DNA of 64,000 nt. It comes from Mustelus asterias. Lineage: Eukaryota. The notes beneath the pieces were generated by a model. The model searched no databases. It was not told where the DNA came from and worked only from the letters and a program-made list of their open reading frames with translations. The first letter of the stretch is position 1, and each line of letters begins with the position of its first letter. This document shows, piece after piece, positions 63,836 to 64,000 of the stretch. The stretch is taken from assembly GCF_964213995.1 (NCBI RefSeq), contig NC_135808.1:21266001-21330000 (forward strand), written 5' to 3'. A program made the translations under genes and the position numbers.

Positions 63836-64000
63836 TGAAAAGAACTGAAGAATTTCCAAGATCATTGTCCAATTCATTTCAAGTGCAATCAACTTTCGCG
63901 GGGGGAATTGGATGGGCATCTGGTGTTATGGTTGGGAAGATTGCAACAGATTTTAGAAGGATATTGTTAAATTTGCAGAGTGGCAAATAATGGGAGAATG

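Overview
Eukaryotic genomic DNA, most likely from a shark or other cartilaginous fish (inferred from HE1/V-SINE-like SINEs, CR1 LINEs, Penelope-like elements and the GPR139-like expansion). The window is a GPCR birth-and-death cluster. It holds four single-coding-exon muscarinic M2/M4-like genes: two intact (27611-28975 +, 42173-43477 -), one with a single nonsense codon (11489-12793 +) and one decayed and truncated (2930-3720 -). They are interleaved with five two-exon GPR139/GPR142-like loci: two intact 328-aa genes, two orphan exon 1s and one CR1-disrupted exon 2. The repeated unit appears to be a GPR139-like + CHRM-like cassette. The CHRM-like proteins keep Asp3.32 and the tyrosine cage but have lost Trp6.48, Asn6.52, Thr5.39 and Tyr5.58, which suggests a changed ligand or signalling. 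About 12 kb (10029-21948) is repeated inverted and circularly permuted at 35793-49028, between two near-identical CR1 copies. Penelope-derived foldback elements carry minimal hammerhead ribozyme motifs and 12-bp target-site duplications. All alignments were done by eye; no database searches were run.
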